NCBI GenBank assembly: GCA_964536975.1
Contig: CAZHYS010000001.1
Span: forward strand, 34,329 to 98,328
DNA from: an uncultured Gammaproteobacteria bacterium
GTDB lineage: Bacteria; Patescibacteriota; Patescibacteriia; 2-01-FULL-39-33
Reading direction: 5' to 3'
DNA length: 64,000 bases
In this document: piece by piece, positions 31,134-39,729 of the stretch
How the letters are laid out: every line of letters starts with the position of its first letter
How positions within the stretch are numbered: position 1 is the stretch's first letter
Translations under genes and position numbers: made by a program
Notes under the pieces: model-generated
What the model saw: only the letters and a program-made list of their open reading frames with translations
What the model was told of the DNA's origin: nothing
The model's database searches: none

Positions 31134-32459
31134 TTAATAAATATCCGAATATTTTTTTCTTTCCCAATCAGTCACTTGTGTAGCAAATTCATTCCACTCT
31201 TTATTTTTGACATAGAGATATTTTTCCAACAAATCTCGGCCAAGCACCTTTTCAATCAGCGGATCTCTCGCCATCTCGCCGAGCGCTTCTTTGAGCGAAG
31301 TCGGCAAAGTGTCAATATTTTTCCGACTCAAATCGTCGCCGTCAAAATCATAAACATTTTCTTCTACTGCTTCCGGCGCTGCTGATTTTTCTCGGATTCC
31401 TTCCAGGCCGCTGGCAATCATCACGGCGAAGGCCAGATAGGGATTGCAAGTCGGGTCGGGACAGCGCAATTCTATCCGGGCGGCATCTTGCTTGTCGGCG
31501 TGAAAGCGGGGGACGCGGATAAGCGCCGAGCGGTTCATTCCCGCCCAAGTGATATACACCGGCGCTTCAAAGCCGGAAACCAGCCGCTTGTAGGAATTGA
31601 CCGTCGGGCACAAAATGGCGCTCATTGCTTTGATGTGCTTCATCTGTCCGGCGATAAAGCGGTAGGCGGTTTCCGACAGCCGGTATTTGTTGTCTTTATT
31701 ATAGAACAAATTCTGGTTTTTTTCTTTGTCAAACAGGCTCTGATGGATGTGCATGCCCGAGCCGGCCGCGTTCATGATCGGCTTGGGAATAAAAGTCGCT
31801 TTAAGACCGTGCCGCTGGGCAATTTTTTTGACCGTGTATTTCAGCGTCAGAACTTTGTCGGCGATATTCAGCGCGTTGCCATATTTGAAATCTATCTCGT
31901 ATTGCCCTTGGCCGACCTCGTGGTGGGAAGTCTCCACTTCAATGCCGAATTGTTGCAAGGCGGAGGCAACCTCTTTAATGAATTTATAGCCCTCATGGGA
32001 AGAAAAATCAAAATAGCCGCTGTAATCAATCGGCGCGTCTTGGCCGCCATCATCCTTAAACAAATAAAACTCCGCCTCCGGGCCGACCTTCGCTTCGTAT
32101 CCAGCCGCTGTCGCGTCGGCGATGATTTTTTTCAGAATAAAACGCGGGTCGCCGGCAAACGGCTGTCCGTCCGGGCTATAAATGTCACAGATTATTCGCG
32201 CGGTTTTGCCGTTTTCCGCCAGCCAGGGCACGGGCGAATAAGTGGCCAGATCCGGTTTCAAAAATAAATCGCTTTCTTGAATGCGGGCAAATCCTTCTAC
32301 TGACGAGCCATCAAACCAGACGCCGTTTTCAATGGCGTTTTTGGCGCCGGCCGCCGGGATGATTATTTCTTTGACGACTCCCAATAAATCGGTAAATTGC
32401 AGGGTAATGAATTCAATTCCATCCTCCTTAAGACGAGACAAGATTTCTTCAGTGCTCAT
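31134..32459 (-). CDS. glnA: Glutamine synthetase type I
   Basis: FDGSSVEGF, ESD, GPEAEF, HHEV..GQYEI, GSGMHIHQS, NRSALIRVP, RIELRCPD. Confidence 0.95.
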   Translation of the reverse strand: MSTEEILSRLKEDGIEFITLQFTDLLGVVKEIIIPAAGAKNAIENGVWFDGSSVEGFARIQESDLFLKPDLATYSPVPWLAENGKTARIICDIYSPDGQPFAGDPRFILKKIIADATAAGYEAKVGPEAEFYLFKDDGGQDAPIDYSGYFDFSSHEGYKFIKEVASALQQFGIEVETSHHEVGQGQYEIDFKYGNALNIADKVLTLKYTVKKIAQRHGLKATFIPKPIMNAAGSGMHIHQSLFDKEKNQNLFYNKDNKYRLSETAYRFIAGQMKHIKAMSAILCPTVNSYKRLVSGFEAPVYITWAGMNRSALIRVPRFHADKQDAARIELRCPDPTCNPYLAFAVMIASGLEGIREKSAAPEAVEENVYDFDGDDLSRKNIDTLPTSLKEALGEMARDPLIEKVLGRDLLEKYLYVKNKEWNEFATQVTDWERKKYSDIY

Positions 32460-32515
32460 ACTTTGACGAAAATGTTTTAAAAATATTATACTTAAACCAT
32501 ACTAATCTTACTTTA

Positions 32516-33682
32516 ATGGAAGCAAAAAATCAACTTCCCCGGGTCGCCATTGTCGTTTGCGCTTGGCCGCCCCAGGGCGGCGGTATCGGCAATAATGCCT
32601 ACTATCACGCTAAGCGCCTGCCTGCCCTCGGCTACCGGACGACGGTATTCACGCCGGATTTTCCCAAGATCAAAAAACTCAAAGCGGAAAGATTTTCGCT
32701 GGAATATCTGCCGGTCGTTCTGCCGCTCGGTAAGGCGGGGTTTCTTTTTTCGCTAATGAAAAAATTGGCGGATTTTGACATCATTCATCTTTACTATCCG
32801 TTTTTTGGCACTGACCTGATCGTTTGGTGGTTTAAGATTTTTAATCGCCGGCCAAAATTGGTACTGCATTATGAAATGGATCCGGTCGGCCGCGGCGGCA
32901 AGAAGATTCTTTTTTGGATTTATATCAAATTATTTCTCGGAGTAGTCGTAAAAGCCAGCGACGCGGTCGGTGTTCTGTCGTGGGACAATGCCAGGAATTC
33001 TTATCTCAAAAAATATCTCAAGAAATATCCGCGGAAATTCGTTCATCTGCCCAACGGCGTGGATGTTAATATCTTTCGACCCGGCCTGAAATATTCAGCG
33101 CTCAAAGATGGGCTGGGCATTGCCGCCGGGGAAAAAGTGATTGCTTTTGCCGGCGGCTTGGGGCGACTTCATTTTTTCAAGGGCGTGGATGTCTTGTTGC
33201 GGGCGTTTAAAAAATTGCCCGGCCGGAGAAACAAATTGCTCATCATCGGCGATGGCGATAAGCGGGCTGATTACGAAAATTTGGCGCGAGAGCTCGGCTT
33301 GGCTGATCGGGTGATTTTTACCGGCTGGGTGGCCAATGAAGATTTGCCTGGCTACTACAATCTGGCGGATGTTTTTGTCCTGCCGTCTACGGCGCGGACA
33401 GAAAGCTTTGGTATTGTCGCGGCCGAAGCCCAGGCCTGCGGCGTGCCGGCGATTGTCAGTGATTGGCCGGGAGCACGGGAGACGATTATTGACGGTCAGA
33501 CCGGCCTTTTGGCTCGGCCGAAAGACGAAGACGACTTGGCGGCCAAGATTTCCCGATTGCTGGCCGACAAAGATTTGCGGCGGGAAATGTCTCTGGCCGG
33601 CCGTCGGCGAGTGGAGGAGTCGTATGATTGGGACAAAGTGATCAAAAAGATAGACGAGGTTTATAGAAAATTATTGAACTAA
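32516..33682 (+). CDS. GT4 glycosyltransferase
   Basis: PNGVD, KGVDVL, ESFGIVAAEAQACG. Confidence 0.9.
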   Translation: MEAKNQLPRVAIVVCAWPPQGGGIGNNAYYHAKRLPALGYRTTVFTPDFPKIKKLKAERFSLEYLPVVLPLGKAGFLFSLMKKLADFDIIHLYYPFFGTDLIVWWFKIFNRRPKLVLHYEMDPVGRGGKKILFWIYIKLFLGVVVKASDAVGVLSWDNARNSYLKKYLKKYPRKFVHLPNGVDVNIFRPGLKYSALKDGLGIAAGEKVIAFAGGLGRLHFFKGVDVLLRAFKKLPGRRNKLLIIGDGDKRADYENLARELGLADRVIFTGWVANEDLPGYYNLADVFVLPSTARTESFGIVAAEAQACGVPAIVSDWPGARETIIDGQTGLLARPKDEDDLAAKISRLLADKDLRREMSLAGRRRVEESYDWDKVIKKIDEVYRKLLN

Positions 33683-33690
33683 TAGGCCGT

Positions 33691-33747
33691 ACCCTCCCCT
33701 TTTACAACCTGCCTGCCGGTAGGCAGGGGGGAGGGTCAGGGAGGGGT
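33691..33747. repeat. Composite REP-like palindrome: CCCTCCCC...GGGGAGGG element with nested CCTGCCTGCCGGTAGGCAGG
   Basis: Read directly; related to elements at 38451, 51593 and 63497. Confidence 0.65.
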
Positions 33748-33817
33748 AATTGAGGTAAGATTAAAAGGAAACCAAAAGAGCAAAATATTATTTATAATCA
33801 TAAAAATTTGAAGTCAT

Positions 33818-34222
33818 ATGATATCTTCTAGTATTAATTTCAAAGCATTGATTTTATGGCTGACCGCGGTCGTTTGGATGGGATTGATTTTTTATCTTTC
33901 CTCCATTCCCAGTTTTCCGGTGGATTTGACGGACGAAGGATATGATATCACTTCTTCCATTGTCCATGTGGTGATTTATTTTGTCTTGGCTTGGCTGTTT
34001 ATTGCCGCTTTGCGGTCGTCCGGCGTCAGAGCCGGCCGCGCTTTTTTTGGCGGATTTCTTTTGGCCATTGTTTACGGCGCGACAGACGAATGGCACCAGT
34101 CTTTTGTTATTGGCCGCGAAGCGCACTTGAGCGATTGGCTGCTGGACGTCGCTGGCGCTTATATAATTTTGAGTTTTTATACCTATCGCCACCGCCGGAA
34201 AAATCAGTTAAAATCGCATTGA
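33818..34222 (+). CDS. VanZ family protein
   Basis: WMGLIFYLSS, H...Y..L, YGATDEWHQSFV.GR, DWLLD. Confidence 0.9.
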   Translation: MISSSINFKALILWLTAVVWMGLIFYLSSIPSFPVDLTDEGYDITSSIVHVVIYFVLAWLFIAALRSSGVRAGRAFFGGFLLAIVYGATDEWHQSFVIGREAHLSDWLLDVAGAYIILSFYTYRHRRKNQLKSH

Positions 34223-34247
34223 CATTTTCCTCTTTTGGCGTTAAGAT
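34219..34247 (+). promoter_or_regulatory. Putative sigma70 promoter of the orphan operon
   Basis: TTGACA-N17-TAAGAT. Confidence 0.6.
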
Positions 34248-34353
34248 ATGGCGATTGGGAGGAAATGTTCCTTTCACTACGCAATATGGGAAACAATCAC
34301 TATCCGCTTGGCGCGGCTGGTGAGGTAACAGGGAAAATAGGAGGATAGGTTCT

Positions 34354-34926
34354 ATGTCCGAGGGAAAAGATGGTGCAAGTAACGCGCAGGGAAATCAAGA
34401 TGGAAGATTGGCTCCGGCAGAATACATTAAGGGTATCTTTGCGCAGTTTGAGCAAGAACCACAAGATGAAAGGAGAAAGATCTCCAGTTTATTGGTTGGT
34501 GCCATTGGAGACAAAAGAGCAGCACAGGAGGAGGCGTTGGCCGCCATGCAGGCGGCTTGCTTCGTTGATGTGTTTCAGTTGTTGGTTAAGGAGGGGGTTC
34601 TAAACAAAATCCACTCGGAACGGGATCCGGTCGGGGAATGTGATGAACCGGGTTGGCGTGCCCACTACCTGCTGACTCATGGCAGAATTCCGGTATTTCC
34701 TCTTGAGGAAAGGTTTACGGGCCGGGAGCACGACGAAAGCGAGTTCAAACAGCCACGATGGCTGCAGATAGTGATGGATGAATTGCGAGGTAGGGATTGG
34801 GATCCTTCCATTCTGGTTTATGTTTTTGCCGAATCTGGTATCGGCAATCATCGCATGGTTGATTTATGCGTCGCCGACCCGAGACAGCCGGCCACGGAAC
34901 AACCAGGGAAGCAAGAAGGAGAATGA
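34354..34926 (+). CDS. Hypothetical protein
   Basis: SD (GGAGG) upstream; ATGA coupling to the next ORF. Confidence 0.7.
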   Translation: MSEGKDGASNAQGNQDGRLAPAEYIKGIFAQFEQEPQDERRKISSLLVGAIGDKRAAQEEALAAMQAACFVDVFQLLVKEGVLNKIHSERDPVGECDEPGWRAHYLLTHGRIPVFPLEERFTGREHDESEFKQPRWLQIVMDELRGRDWDPSILVYVFAESGIGNHRMVDLCVADPRQPATEQPGKQEGE

Positions 34927-35378
34927 CAATGCCAACTAGAGAATTGCTAAAAGTGGTAGCTCGGGGGGCATCTCGACCCGCCAGTACCAGAAGAAGCAGA
35001 AGGCCGGTCAAAGACATTGACCCGGCTGTTACGACTAGTCAGTACTTTTGGCCATTTTTTAGTCCTGATGCGGCCGCGCAGTTTCCTAGTAATCTGGAAG
35101 TCAACGACAAGATCAATATGCTTGAGTGGCTATTGGCCATCGCCAAAGCCATGCGGGAAAAGACCGAGACGGGATATCGGGCCGATAAGCCCTTAACCAT
35201 CATCAACCCAAGTCTCGGTGGCGTGGGACGAATTCCGGAATCGGTTAAGGAAATTCTCCAAGCCAGCGGTTGGCCAGTGGAGGAGAAAGAAGGTGGAGAA
35301 TATACCACCCACATTATCTTGACGCCGATCGGCTTGGCTGAACCAAAACAACAAGAGGAGAAAGGAGATGGAGTATGA
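34923..35378 (+). CDS. Hypothetical protein (paralog of 35375-35716)
   Basis: SD AAGGAG, ATGA overlap; shares Y...KP and GW..E..G..I.LTPI with the next ORF. Confidence 0.7.
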   Translation: MTMPTRELLKVVARGASRPASTRRSRRPVKDIDPAVTTSQYFWPFFSPDAAAQFPSNLEVNDKINMLEWLLAIAKAMREKTETGYRADKPLTIINPSLGGVGRIPESVKEILQASGWPVEEKEGGEYTTHIILTPIGLAEPKQQEEKGDGV

Positions 35379-35716
35379 GTGGGACTATTAACTCAAAGCC
35401 CAATCTGCCAACGGAACTATTTCCGGCGTCGTGGGTTGTCCGTAACAGTGGGGCGGAGGGCTGCAAAATTATCGTGGACATTTTGGCCATACTATGGATT
35501 CTCGCTGAGAGGTTGCTGTATGAGGCAACCCAGGACTACAAAGGAGAAAAGCCTGTCCGTCTCCCGCCTCTCCCGGATGACATGTCAAAACTGTGGGATC
35601 AGCTGAACATCCCGACGCTGTTTGCTCAGCGATTCGGCTGGTTCGCGGAAATGCAAGAGGACGGCAGCATTCTCTTGACGCCGATAACGATCGAGCCAGA
35701 GGATTTGGAGCCATGA
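35375..35716 (+). CDS. Hypothetical protein (paralog of 34923-35378)
   Basis: SD and ATGA overlap; followed by a terminator. Confidence 0.7.
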   Translation: MSGTINSKPNLPTELFPASWVVRNSGAEGCKIIVDILAILWILAERLLYEATQDYKGEKPVRLPPLPDDMSKLWDQLNIPTLFAQRFGWFAEMQEDGSILLTPITIEPEDLEP

Positions 35717-35741
35717 CGATCGGCTCCGCTTTAGATATTCG

Positions 35742-35775
35742 CCCCGACGCGCAGTTTGCGTCGGGGTTCTTTTTT
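35742..35775 (+). terminator. Rho-independent terminator
   Basis: CCCCGACGC-gcagttt-GCGTCGGGG followed by a T-rich tail. Confidence 0.75.
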
Positions 35776-35804
35776 ATAAAATTTTAATCTGTGATTTTTC
35801 ACCC

Positions 35805-35833
35805 TTGACTATTTGCTGTATTTTTGTTAAACT
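35805..35833 (+). promoter_or_regulatory. Putative sigma70 promoter
   Basis: TTGACT-N17-TAAACT with extended TG. Confidence 0.55.
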
Positions 35834-35891
35834 AAGAAGTTGAAAGTCGTTCCTTAAACCATGGATGGAACATTATTGGGAGGGCCTGATT

Positions 35892-36215
35892 ATGTCGAGA
35901 AGAATGATTGTTTGTTCCGATGAAGATCGCCAAACGATTGGGATCAGTGATCTTTTGGCAATCAACTTTGACGGCGGGTTAGTCGTTTTTCAAGGTCAGC
36001 GTTGGCGAGTCAAAGTTCGTCCGCCCGGAAGCGATAAGGGGAGCTGGCAGCATGTCGCTTTTTTCTTTGATGAGGAGAAGGCGAATGAATGTCGCGATTG
36101 GATTAATCGTTTGGATCCCCATTGGGAGGCCGAGGTGGTGGAATTGGGAAAAACCGCGCGGGAAATCGCCGGACACAATAGTAATCGGAAAGGAGAGAGG
36201 TGTCATGTCGGATAA
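35892..36215 (+). CDS. Hypothetical protein
   Basis: GGAGG SD before ATG 35892; overlaps the next gene. Confidence 0.6.
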   Translation: MSRRMIVCSDEDRQTIGISDLLAINFDGGLVVFQGQRWRVKVRPPGSDKGSWQHVAFFFDEEKANECRDWINRLDPHWEAEVVELGKTAREIAGHNSNRKGERCHVG

Positions 36216-36945
36216 GAAAAGATTTCGGAGGGTGTTGATCGTTGGTCGGGTCGTGGATGGCGACGAAAAGCTACTCGAGGTGGTTAAGTCGTCTCTGGGT
36301 GAATGGTATAAGACTCGTTTTCTCGAAGTCCTTTTGCTTGCGGTTTTGCAGGCAGAGAGAAAAGAGGTAGATTGCGTCGTTTTGTCCTTGATTGAGTCAC
36401 CTTGGACAACACGTGAACGGCAAGTTATTATACCAACCTTTAAGTGTTTTGACTCAGGTGCACCCGAAGAGGCTTTGCCGGACAACGGTCTTCGGGCGGC
36501 GATCGCGGTCAGGTCCATTAACCCGAGCTTGCCGATCGTACTGATCGTGCCGACAGAGGAGATCGCGGCCGAGCTGAAAGAGTATTGCGACGGCAATTCA
36601 ATCCAACTCTTTGCCAAGCCATTTGATCCGAAGGTGTTAGCCAAAGCGATTGAAAGAGAGACAGAGCGCGGGGAGACCTTCAACCTTCATCTTTCAGATG
36701 GACTTTGGGGCCTTTCTTACCACGCTGCTACTGATCACGGGACACGAATTTTGGACGAACTTCCTCCCGGTCGGCATGTCGCCTTGAGGGTTCCCGATCC
36801 ATTCGGCCAAGGCGATGCGTGTTTGGTGGTACCCGGGTCTGACTGGTTCTTGCCAGAGGCAATGCTCCAGTTCTACGCCGATGGTAACATTGGATTCGCC
36901 GGGGCGTATCCTCTTGTGGAAATCAAACCGGCGAAAACAGTATGA
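36205..36945 (+). CDS. Atypical receiver-domain (pseudo-response-regulator-like) protein
   Basis: RVLIV, VDCVVLS, NGL..A..VR..NP.LPIVLI, AKPFD..VL; SD AAGGAG. Confidence 0.6.
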   Translation: MSDKKRFRRVLIVGRVVDGDEKLLEVVKSSLGEWYKTRFLEVLLLAVLQAERKEVDCVVLSLIESPWTTRERQVIIPTFKCFDSGAPEEALPDNGLRAAIAVRSINPSLPIVLIVPTEEIAAELKEYCDGNSIQLFAKPFDPKVLAKAIERETERGETFNLHLSDGLWGLSYHAATDHGTRILDELPPGRHVALRVPDPFGQGDACLVVPGSDWFLPEAMLQFYADGNIGFAGAYPLVEIKPAKTV

Positions 36946-37061
36946 CGTCGTTGACTGTCGGCGCGCAAGCGAACGCGTGCCGGCAGTTTTTTTGTTTGTC
37001 ATATCCAATTATAATTTAATAAAACTTTCAATCTCCAATAATTGTATTTTTGCATCCCTAT

Positions 37062-37217
37062 GCGACCATTAATAAATATTGTGCTAATTTTATGCGAAAG
37101 CGAGCGCTAAAAATTTTCGCAAGCGAAGCGTCAGAAAATTTTAGCGAGCGAAGCATAAAATTTAGCCATGATTTATTACCGGTCGCGACTTTTGCGCCAC
37201 TTTTCTAGAAAAGTGGC
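37062..37217. repeat. Long imperfect hairpin with GCGAAGC bulges plus an adjacent 22-bp perfect palindrome
   Basis: Nested arms GCGACC/GGTCGC, GCTAATTTTATGC/GCATAAAATTTAGC and CGCTAAAAATTTTC/GAAAATTTTAGCG; GCCACTTTTCTAGAAAAGTGGC at 37196-37217. Confidence 0.7.
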
Positions 37218-37367
37218 ATAAAAAAATAATTTATTTTTAAAATAAGATCGCCACGTCTACCACGGCACCCATATCCACCACAGGCGGACATGCCCTCATA
37301 TTCCATTTCCTAATTCCTAACTCCCTCCCCATTTCTCTTTTCTTCCAAAATAAGTTAAAATAGCCGT

Positions 37368-38636
37368 ATGAAAATCGTTGTTATTCATCCAATTTTTCAG
37401 CCGGAAACTCGCGGCGGCGCCGAGGTCGCCGTTGATAATATTGTCAACGGTCTTCTTGCCGCCGGCCACAATGTCGTCGTAATTTGCGTTGGCCGGAAAG
37501 ACGTTTCCGAAATCTCGGCTAATTATTTTCCCGATCAAAATGAAAGTTTGACGGTTTACCGTATCAAGCCGTTTAATCTTTTCAATTTTTTGGATATCAA
37601 TTCCCAGCCGGCTTGGCGCCGTTTGCCCTGGCACATTATTGATATGTTCAATATCAATCAGGCGTGGCGAGTCAAAGATATTTTATGCCAAGAAAATCCG
37701 GATTTGGTATTGACGCACAATCTCAAGGGCCTCGGCTACCTGATTCCTCGCGCCATTAAAAAATTAAAATTAAAACACGCCCATACCATTCACGATATGC
37801 AATTGTTGCATCCGTCCGGCCTGCTCGTAGAGACGGGGCATGCCCCGTCTCTACCAGTGGCCATTTATCGCTGGTTTTGCCGCTGGCTATTTGGTTCGCC
37901 GGAGACAGTGGCGTTTCCTTCCGAGTATATCAAAGCGGTTTACGAGCGTTACGGTTTTTTCAAAAAATCTTATAAGGTAGTCATCGGCAATCCGATTCAA
38001 TTTCCAATTTTTAATTTAAAATTTTCAAAAAAAACCGAAATTCTAAATTCTAAATTTCAAATTCTTTTCCTCGGTCAGGTGGAGGCCTACAAAGGCATTT
38101 TTGAGCTCATTGAGGCGCTAAAAGGGGTAACGGGCGATTGGGCACTGAATGTCGTGGGCGATGGCAAGGCCTTGCCAAAGGCCAAAATTTTGGCCCAGGA
38201 GGCCACTCCTGATGCCCTTTCTGGGGCTCTGGCTGGCCCCAGGATCAAGTTTTGGGGGCGCCTTGGCCAATCAGAGCTGGAGGAGAAAATCTGGCCGCGA
38301 ACAAATATTTTGGTCAACCCCAGCCTCACTAATGAAAGTTTTGGCATGGTGGTGGTTGAAGCGTATGCCCATGGCGTGCCGGCGCTGGTTTCGGGTAGGG
38401 GCGCTCTGCCGGAATTGGTGCGAGAAGGGGAGACAGGGTTTGTTGTTTCTTCCTCCCCCTTTAAAAGAGGGAGGCTGGGAGGGGGTGATTCCGCAGAATC
38501 ATGGCGGGAGAAAATAGATTGGTGTTTGACGCACCGCCGCGAGATAGAGGGGATGAGAGAGAAATGTATAAAAGAAGCGGAGAAGTATAAATTGGAAAAT
38601 TATTTGAATAGATTATTAAATTATATCAATAATTAA
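37368..38636 (+). CDS. GT4 glycosyltransferase carrying in-frame repeat insertions
   Basis: GGAE, PDLVLTHN, YKGI, ESFGMVVVEAYAHG. Confidence 0.9.
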   Translation: MKIVVIHPIFQPETRGGAEVAVDNIVNGLLAAGHNVVVICVGRKDVSEISANYFPDQNESLTVYRIKPFNLFNFLDINSQPAWRRLPWHIIDMFNINQAWRVKDILCQENPDLVLTHNLKGLGYLIPRAIKKLKLKHAHTIHDMQLLHPSGLLVETGHAPSLPVAIYRWFCRWLFGSPETVAFPSEYIKAVYERYGFFKKSYKVVIGNPIQFPIFNLKFSKKTEILNSKFQILFLGQVEAYKGIFELIEALKGVTGDWALNVVGDGKALPKAKILAQEATPDALSGALAGPRIKFWGRLGQSELEEKIWPRTNILVNPSLTNESFGMVVVEAYAHGVPALVSGRGALPELVREGETGFVVSSSPFKRGRLGGGDSAESWREKIDWCLTHRREIEGMREKCIKEAEKYKLENYLNRLLNYINN

Positions 38637-38639
38637 AAT

Positions 38640-38671
38640 AACGCTCCGACAAAAACTGTTGTCGGAGCGTT
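38640..38671. terminator. Bidirectional terminator hairpin
   Basis: AACGCTCCGACAA...TTGTCGGAGCGTT between convergent genes. Confidence 0.7.
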
Positions 38672-38691
38672 TCCTCTTGCGCGCGAATGTG

Positions 38692-39327
38692 CTATGCTTT
38701 TTTTCGCCGTTTGGCGACTGCCAATCCGGCGAGACCCAGACCGAGCAGTGTCATCGTCGCCGGCTCGGGGACGATTGAGGCCGGGCCCGTGGCAGTGATG
38801 GAGATATGACTGACCCTATCTGCCATTAGTAGCGGGTCGTCGTAGATAATTGGCGACTCTTGTCCGTAGTAGTTGATATTGAAGTCAACTGTCCACCCGG
38901 GCAACGATGACGAGACGGAATCCAAATGGTAGTCCAGCCGGTATCCTCCCCAGATATCGTCCGGGTGGTTATATTCAAATACCCGCGCCGTGATCTCATC
39001 AAACTCCGCCGTCCTTCCGGCCAGTAGTCCCCAAATCTCATTATCACGAAACTCCAGCAGGCCGTTCCCAAGAGTCACATCATATGTCCTGGTGCCGGCC
39101 ACATCTGATACGAGTTCAATGTCGATCAAGTCGGCAGTAAAATCATAGTCGGCGCTTTGGATTCCCATCCCCACCGACTCTCGGACGGAGTAGAACCACT
39201 CGCCCGAATCAATATTACCTCCGCCATAGCCGGCCCCTGACCAGTGGTAGGTGATCATATCCGCGGACGCGATGCCGCAGAAAATAGTCATGACCGCCGT
39301 GGTTGCAAAGAACATACTGCTTCTCAT
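38692..39327 (-). CDS. PEP-CTERM sorting domain protein
   Basis: Signal peptide (..IASA-D) and C-terminal VPEPATMTLLGLGLAGLAVAKRRKKA; SD AAGGAGG. Confidence 0.92.
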   Translation of the reverse strand: MRSSMFFATTAVMTIFCGIASADMITYHWSGAGYGGGNIDSGEWFYSVRESVGMGIQSADYDFTADLIDIELVSDVAGTRTYDVTLGNGLLEFRDNEIWGLLAGRTAEFDEITARVFEYNHPDDIWGGYRLDYHLDSVSSSLPGWTVDFNINYYGQESPIIYDDPLLMADRVSHISITATGPASIVPEPATMTLLGLGLAGLAVAKRRKKA

Positions 39328-39377
39328 CCAAAAACCTCCTTATTTTGGTTGTTTCTCGGTTTCAGTATTGCGGTATA

Positions 39378-39406
39378 ATAATAGCATGTTATTATAATCC
39401 TGTCAA
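39378..39406 (-). promoter_or_regulatory. Putative sigma70 promoter of the PEP-CTERM gene
   Basis: TTGACA-N17-TATTAT with extended TG on the minus strand. Confidence 0.6.
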
Positions 39407-39434
39407 GCATTTTTAAAATAAATGATTTATTTTT

Positions 39435-39462
39435 TTGACATTTTATATTTATATGGTATAAT
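39435..39462 (+). promoter_or_regulatory. Putative sigma70 promoter of leader/MFS
   Basis: TTGACA-N16-TATAAT with extended TG. Confidence 0.7.
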
Positions 39463-39487
39463 ACATTTACCATTAGATTTTATTAAT

Positions 39488-39598
39488 ATGGAACAAAAAT
39501 TTAAACAAATTCACTTGGCCTACAGAACCGATCGCGGCATGGATGTCGTCTCCGGCGTCTTTTCTTATGGTTTGGCCAAGGCAGTGTTTAAATTTTGA
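39488..39598 (+). CDS. Putative 36-aa leader peptide
   Basis: MEQKFKQIHLAYRTDRGMDVVSGVFSYGLAKAVFKF*, lying between the promoter and a terminator-like hairpin. Confidence 0.45.
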   Translation: MEQKFKQIHLAYRTDRGMDVVSGVFSYGLAKAVFKF

Positions 39599-39621
39599 AT
39601 AATTCCCAACTTCAAATAATC

Positions 39622-39660
39622 AAAAACTTCCTCGGCCAGACCGCCGAGTTTTTTGTTTTT
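39622..39660 (+). terminator. Putative attenuator terminator upstream of MFS
   Basis: CTCGGC-cagacc-GCCGAG followed by TTTTTTGTTTTT. Confidence 0.6.
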
Positions 39661-39729
39661 CGCCGGTCGGGATTGCACCTTACAACCGTCCTTGCAAGTC
39701 GCAAGGGCCAAACAGCAGGAGGAAGTGAC

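Noticed and set aside
31488-32267. 259-aa plus-strand ORF, and similar long antisense ORFs at 42252-43043 and 59339-59959
   Set aside because: Antisense shadows of glnA, rmuC and gpmI.
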